From: Patescibacteria group bacterium
Lineage (GTDB): Bacteria > Patescibacteriota > Minisyncoccia > UBA6257 > UBA9933
Length of the DNA stretch: 46,001 nucleotides
Assembly: GCA_038057075.1 (NCBI GenBank)
Contig: JBBUDV010000010.1
Span: 14,417-60,417, forward strand
Direction of reading: 5' to 3'
Below are positions 42,756 through 46,001 of this stretch, in pieces. The notes under the pieces are model-generated. The model saw nothing but the letters and a program-made list of their open reading frames with translations. It was not told the origin of the DNA and did no database searches. Position 1 is the stretch's first letter; each line of letters starts with the position of its first letter. Both the position numbers and the translations under genes were made by a program.

Positions 42756-44855
42756 TTATTTTCCCAAAAGCTTGAGGAATTCTGTTTCGTTTAAAATTTT
42801 TACTCCGAGTTTTTTCGCTTTTTCATACTTTGAACCGGGTTGGGCGCCGGCTATGACATAGTCGGTTTGTTTGGAAACTGATTCGGAAATTTCGCCGCCG
42901 AGTTCTCGGATTTTTTCTTTGGCTTGGTCGCGAGGCATAGATTTCATTGTTCCTGTTAAAACAAAAGTTTTGTTTTTAAATTTAAGATTTTTCGCCCCGC
43001 TTAGAATAACCGGTTTTTCTATCTCTATGCCGGTATTTTCCAATTTTTTTAAAAACCCGATATTTTTTTGGTCGTGAAACCAGTTATAAATACTTTTACT
43101 TACTTGCGGGCCGATATCGGGAATTTCTTGCAAGGTTTCTAAGGATAAATTTTGAAAATATTTTAAAACCGCCGTTATTTTTGTTATTTGTTGTTGGTTG
43201 TTGATTATTTGTTTCGCTAGCGCGCGCGCGGTTTCTTCACCGACATGGATTATTCCCAAGCCATAAATAAATCGCGGAAGCGAGACTTTTTTACGAGATG
43301 TGATTTCTTTGATAATATTTTCAGCGGATTTTTCGCCGAATCTTTCGAGCGTCGCAATGTCGCCTTTTTTCAAATCAAATATGTCAGCGGCATCGGAAAT
43401 CAGCCCTTCGTCCAAAAATCGGTCTATAATTTTCGGGCCCATTCCCTCAATATTAAAAGCTGATTTTGAAACAAAGTGTCTTAATGATTCGCGGTTTCTG
43501 GCGCCGCAATTCGGATTGGAACAACGATACGCAACGCCATCTTGAATAACTTTTGAGCCGTCAAAAGGGCAGATTTTCGGCATGTGGAATTCTTTTTCTT
43601 TTCCTGTTCTAAATTCTTTTAAAACTTGTGTGATTTGCGGAATAACGTCGCCGGCGCGGCTTACAATAATGGTGTCGCCTATTTTAAGGCCCAGGCGTTT
43701 TATTTGGTCTAAGTTATGGAGAGTCGCGTGCGTGATTGTGATTCCGCCGACATTAACCGGTTTTAAAATCGCGACCGGAGTGAGAGTCCCGGTTCTTCCA
43801 ATCTGAATTTTGATGCCTTCAATAATTGTTGTCGCTTCTCTTGGAGAAAATTTGTAAGCGATGATTCCGCGCGGAGCTTTCCCGACAACGCCAAGCGCTT
43901 TAAAAGTTTTATTGTTATTGGCTATTATGACAACGCCGTCAATTTCATAATTAAGTTTTTCGCGGTGTTTTTCCCAATAATTTCTGAAGTTAAAAACCTC
44001 TTTTAAGGAATTCGCGGGCTTGTTGTTGGGATTGGTTTTGAAGCCAAATGCTTTAAGAAGCAAATGTTCTTCTAAATGGCGTGTTTGTCCGATATTTGTG
44101 GCAATGGCATATTGGAAAGAATCAAGTTTTCTGGAAGAGGTAATTTTAGGATTAAGTTGACGGACGGAACCCGCCGCCATGTTGCGGGGGTTGGCAAAAA
44201 TTTTCTCGCCGCGTTTTTCATTTTCTTTGTTGATGCGATTAAATTCTTTTTTTGTTAAGAATACTTCGCCTCTGATAACTAAATGGTCAGGTTTTAGGTT
44301 ATAGGTGTTAGGTTTTAGGCCGAGGGACTTTAGATTTTTAGCGACTTCGTCCGGTTCCAAAATTTTTAACGGAATCGCATCAACAGTTTTTAAATTTTGA
44401 GTGATGTCTTCTCCTGTTTGTCCGTCGCCGCGAGTGGAACCCTGAACAAAAACCCCGTTTTCATAAACCAGTTCAATGGCCAATCCGTCGATTTTTAATT
44501 CGCAATAAAAGTCTGCAGTTTGTAGCCTGTAGTCCGTAGTTTTTAAATAATTTTCATTGCGCTTTATCCAATCTTTCATGTCCTGTTCCGAAAAAGCGTC
44601 ATTAAAAGAAAGCATGGGAGCTTCGTGGCGGACTTTTTTGAATTGTTTTAAGGGCTCTCCGCCGATTCTTTGGGTTGGCGAGTCCGGGGTTATAAATTCC
44701 GGAAATTGCTGTTCCAAGTCAAAAAGTTCCTTTTTTAAGGAGTCCAAAGCCGCGTCGGAAATTAATGATTTGTCCAAAACATGGTACGCGTAGCGATATT
44801 TGTTGATCTCGGTTTTAAGTTTTTCAATCCGGGTTTTGGCTTGTGATTTGTCCAT
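42756..44855 (-). CDS. ligA: NAD-dependent DNA ligase
   Basis: ELKIDG (adenylated Lys), TRGDG..GEDIT, RGEV, ANPRN.AAGS, HATLHN, RAGDVIP, C-terminal BRCT. Confidence 0.98.
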   Translation of the reverse strand: MDKSQAKTRIEKLKTEINKYRYAYHVLDKSLISDAALDSLKKELFDLEQQFPEFITPDSPTQRIGGEPLKQFKKVRHEAPMLSFNDAFSEQDMKDWIKRNENYLKTTDYRLQTADFYCELKIDGLAIELVYENGVFVQGSTRGDGQTGEDITQNLKTVDAIPLKILEPDEVAKNLKSLGLKPNTYNLKPDHLVIRGEVFLTKKEFNRINKENEKRGEKIFANPRNMAAGSVRQLNPKITSSRKLDSFQYAIATNIGQTRHLEEHLLLKAFGFKTNPNNKPANSLKEVFNFRNYWEKHREKLNYEIDGVVIIANNNKTFKALGVVGKAPRGIIAYKFSPREATTIIEGIKIQIGRTGTLTPVAILKPVNVGGITITHATLHNLDQIKRLGLKIGDTIIVSRAGDVIPQITQVLKEFRTGKEKEFHMPKICPFDGSKVIQDGVAYRCSNPNCGARNRESLRHFVSKSAFNIEGMGPKIIDRFLDEGLISDAADIFDLKKGDIATLERFGEKSAENIIKEITSRKKVSLPRFIYGLGIIHVGEETARALAKQIINNQQQITKITAVLKYFQNLSLETLQEIPDIGPQVSKSIYNWFHDQKNIGFLKKLENTGIEIEKPVILSGAKNLKFKNKTFVLTGTMKSMPRDQAKEKIRELGGEISESVSKQTDYVIAGAQPGSKYEKAKKLGVKILNETEFLKLLGK

Positions 44856-44952
44856 AAGGTTTATTTATAGCTTTATTTTACTTAAAAATTGAGTAAACTT
44901 AAATAATAGATAATTATAGTGGCATAGAACATTAACAAAAAAGGAGAAATAT

Positions 44953-45471
44953 ATGGAAAAAGAAAAAGTTTTACTTAATGCCACACTTTGTTTCTTAGTA
45001 AGAAACAGACGCGTCATACTTGCGATAAAGGCCGATAAAATCGGCAAAGGCTGCTGGAACGGCTATGGCGGAGGCATTGAAGACGGCGAATTGATAAGAA
45101 AAGCGGCCGCCCGGGAATTGAATCAGGAATCCGAAGAAGTAGTTGTAGCTTTTGAGGACTTGATACCGGCGGCAATAGTGGATTTTCACAACACAAAAAG
45201 CGATGGGGAAACATTTGTTTGCCGGGTATATGTCTATCTCGCTTATAAGTGGTCGGGCGAGCCGAAAGAAACAAGGGAAATGCTAAACCCGACAGAGTTT
45301 GATATTGATAATTTGCCGTTTGAAAATATGATGCTGGCCGATAAGGAATGGTTGCCGCCTGTTTTAAACGGAGAAAAAATAATTGCCAGCGCGGAATACG
45401 GGCCGTGGCAAAAAGAATTATTGGGACCAGTGAAAATAAAAAGAGTTGAAGAGTTTTCGGAAAATTTTTAA
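44953..45471 (+). CDS. NUDIX hydrolase (MTH1/8-oxo-dGTPase-like)
   Basis: WNGYGG..E.GE...AAAREL.QES Nudix box, ETREM.P, LPFENM..AD..WLP. Confidence 0.85.
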   Translation: MEKEKVLLNATLCFLVRNRRVILAIKADKIGKGCWNGYGGGIEDGELIRKAAARELNQESEEVVVAFEDLIPAAIVDFHNTKSDGETFVCRVYVYLAYKWSGEPKETREMLNPTEFDIDNLPFENMMLADKEWLPPVLNGEKIIASAEYGPWQKELLGPVKIKRVEEFSENF

Positions 45472-45500
45472 AACTCGTTAGAATAACTAACGAGTTTTTT
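45469..45500. terminator. Terminator
   Basis: AAAACTCGTTAG-AATAA-CTAACGAGTTTT. Confidence 0.7.
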
Positions 45501-45560
45501 ATTTTTTAATAATAGCATCAGTTGAGAGATTTGTTTATCTTGTCGCTATATATAAAAAAG

Positions 45561-45608
45561 TAATCCAGTATACATTCTATGCGATCGCATAGAATGTATA
45601 CTGGATTA
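45561..45608. repeat. Perfect 48-bp palindrome (GTATAC/CGATCG family, copy 2)
   Basis: TAATCCAGTATACATTCTATGCGA|TCGCATAGAATGTATACTGGATTA. Confidence 0.92.
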
Positions 45609-45685
45609 AGAAGTTTAAACTAAAAATAAAAAAATAACCCGATGACTTGTGTAGCCACCGGGCACCTAATAATAGAAAGAGATGT

Positions 45686-45919
45686 TTATTTTGGATGTTG
45701 AAATCCATCCCAGATGTAAAAAATGGTAGTTCTTCCATTAACGAGAAGCTGTCCAAGTAGTACCAGAGGCCACAACAAGGATGCGGAAACGCATAGAAAA
45801 ACGTTGTTTTTTGCAAAATTCCCCTTATTCACTCTTGAAATAAATCCCATAACGAAAGACCCCATAGTAAACCAGGCAATTATTATTACTAGTGTTTTGA
45901 GACCGAGAACAATATTCAT
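45686..45919 (-). CDS. Small 2-TM membrane protein
   Basis: Two hydrophobic helices with LLWP; SD-like AAGGGGG before the ATG. Confidence 0.6.
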   Translation of the reverse strand: MNIVLGLKTLVIIIAWFTMGSFVMGFISRVNKGNFAKNNVFLCVSASLLWPLVLLGQLLVNGRTTIFYIWDGFQHPK

Positions 45920-46001
45920 GTGAACCCCCTTTGCCTTTTAGGCGTAATTTTTAGATTTAGTTACAGTTTTTAGAATACTTATGATATCGCTTGAACTCAT
46001 G

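Noticed and set aside
2225-44793. Many antisense or overlapping short ORFs inside rpsA, gyrA, fusA, thrS, dnaE, dnaA, rel and ligA
   Set aside because: Shadow frames of well-supported genes with no independent signals
1-46001. Alternative genetic code 25 (TGA = Gly)
   Set aside because: Conserved genes are full length in code 11, and several (rluA-family, yraN, SBP, first pilin) end at TGA at plausible positions

Overview
AT-rich bacterial chromosomal window read in genetic code 11 (TGA is used as a stop). Its gene content is typical of a Patescibacteria/CPR (Parcubacteria-like) genome; this assignment is an inference from VirB2-like pilins, a PaaX/Cas2-like gene, and core genes that are mostly SD-less and apparently leaderless. 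It spans the replication origin (dnaN-oriC-dnaA, rpmH, rnpA) and many housekeeping genes: rplS, rluA-family, rpsA, gyrA with a 391-aa HNH intein, a xer recombinase, yraN, tsaE, rplM/rpsI, rpsL/rpsG/fusA, thrS, dnaE, PBP1A, rel, ligA and three tRNAs. Single-gene or two-gene accessory units, each with its own promoter, SD and terminator, are interspersed among these. The most notable observations are: (1) an intact LexA repressor fused in frame to a DpnA-like adenine methyltransferase, followed by a PD-(D/E)XK nuclease; (2) a PaaX/Cas2-like gene bracketed by two co-varying hairpins with an identical 12-nt loop, plus related solo palindromes; (3) one heptamer-repeat hairpin element placed directly before the TTG start codons of both fusA and rpmH; (4) MITEs whose ends abut -35 boxes, two of which also touch a stop codon at the other end; (5) a mirror-symmetric DnaA-box/DnaA-trio origin; (6) a duplicated tsaE 3' end around a pseudo-receiver gene; (7) REP-like and heptamer repeats translated in frame inside housekeeping proteins. 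No CRISPR array, rRNA or autonomous transposase was seen.
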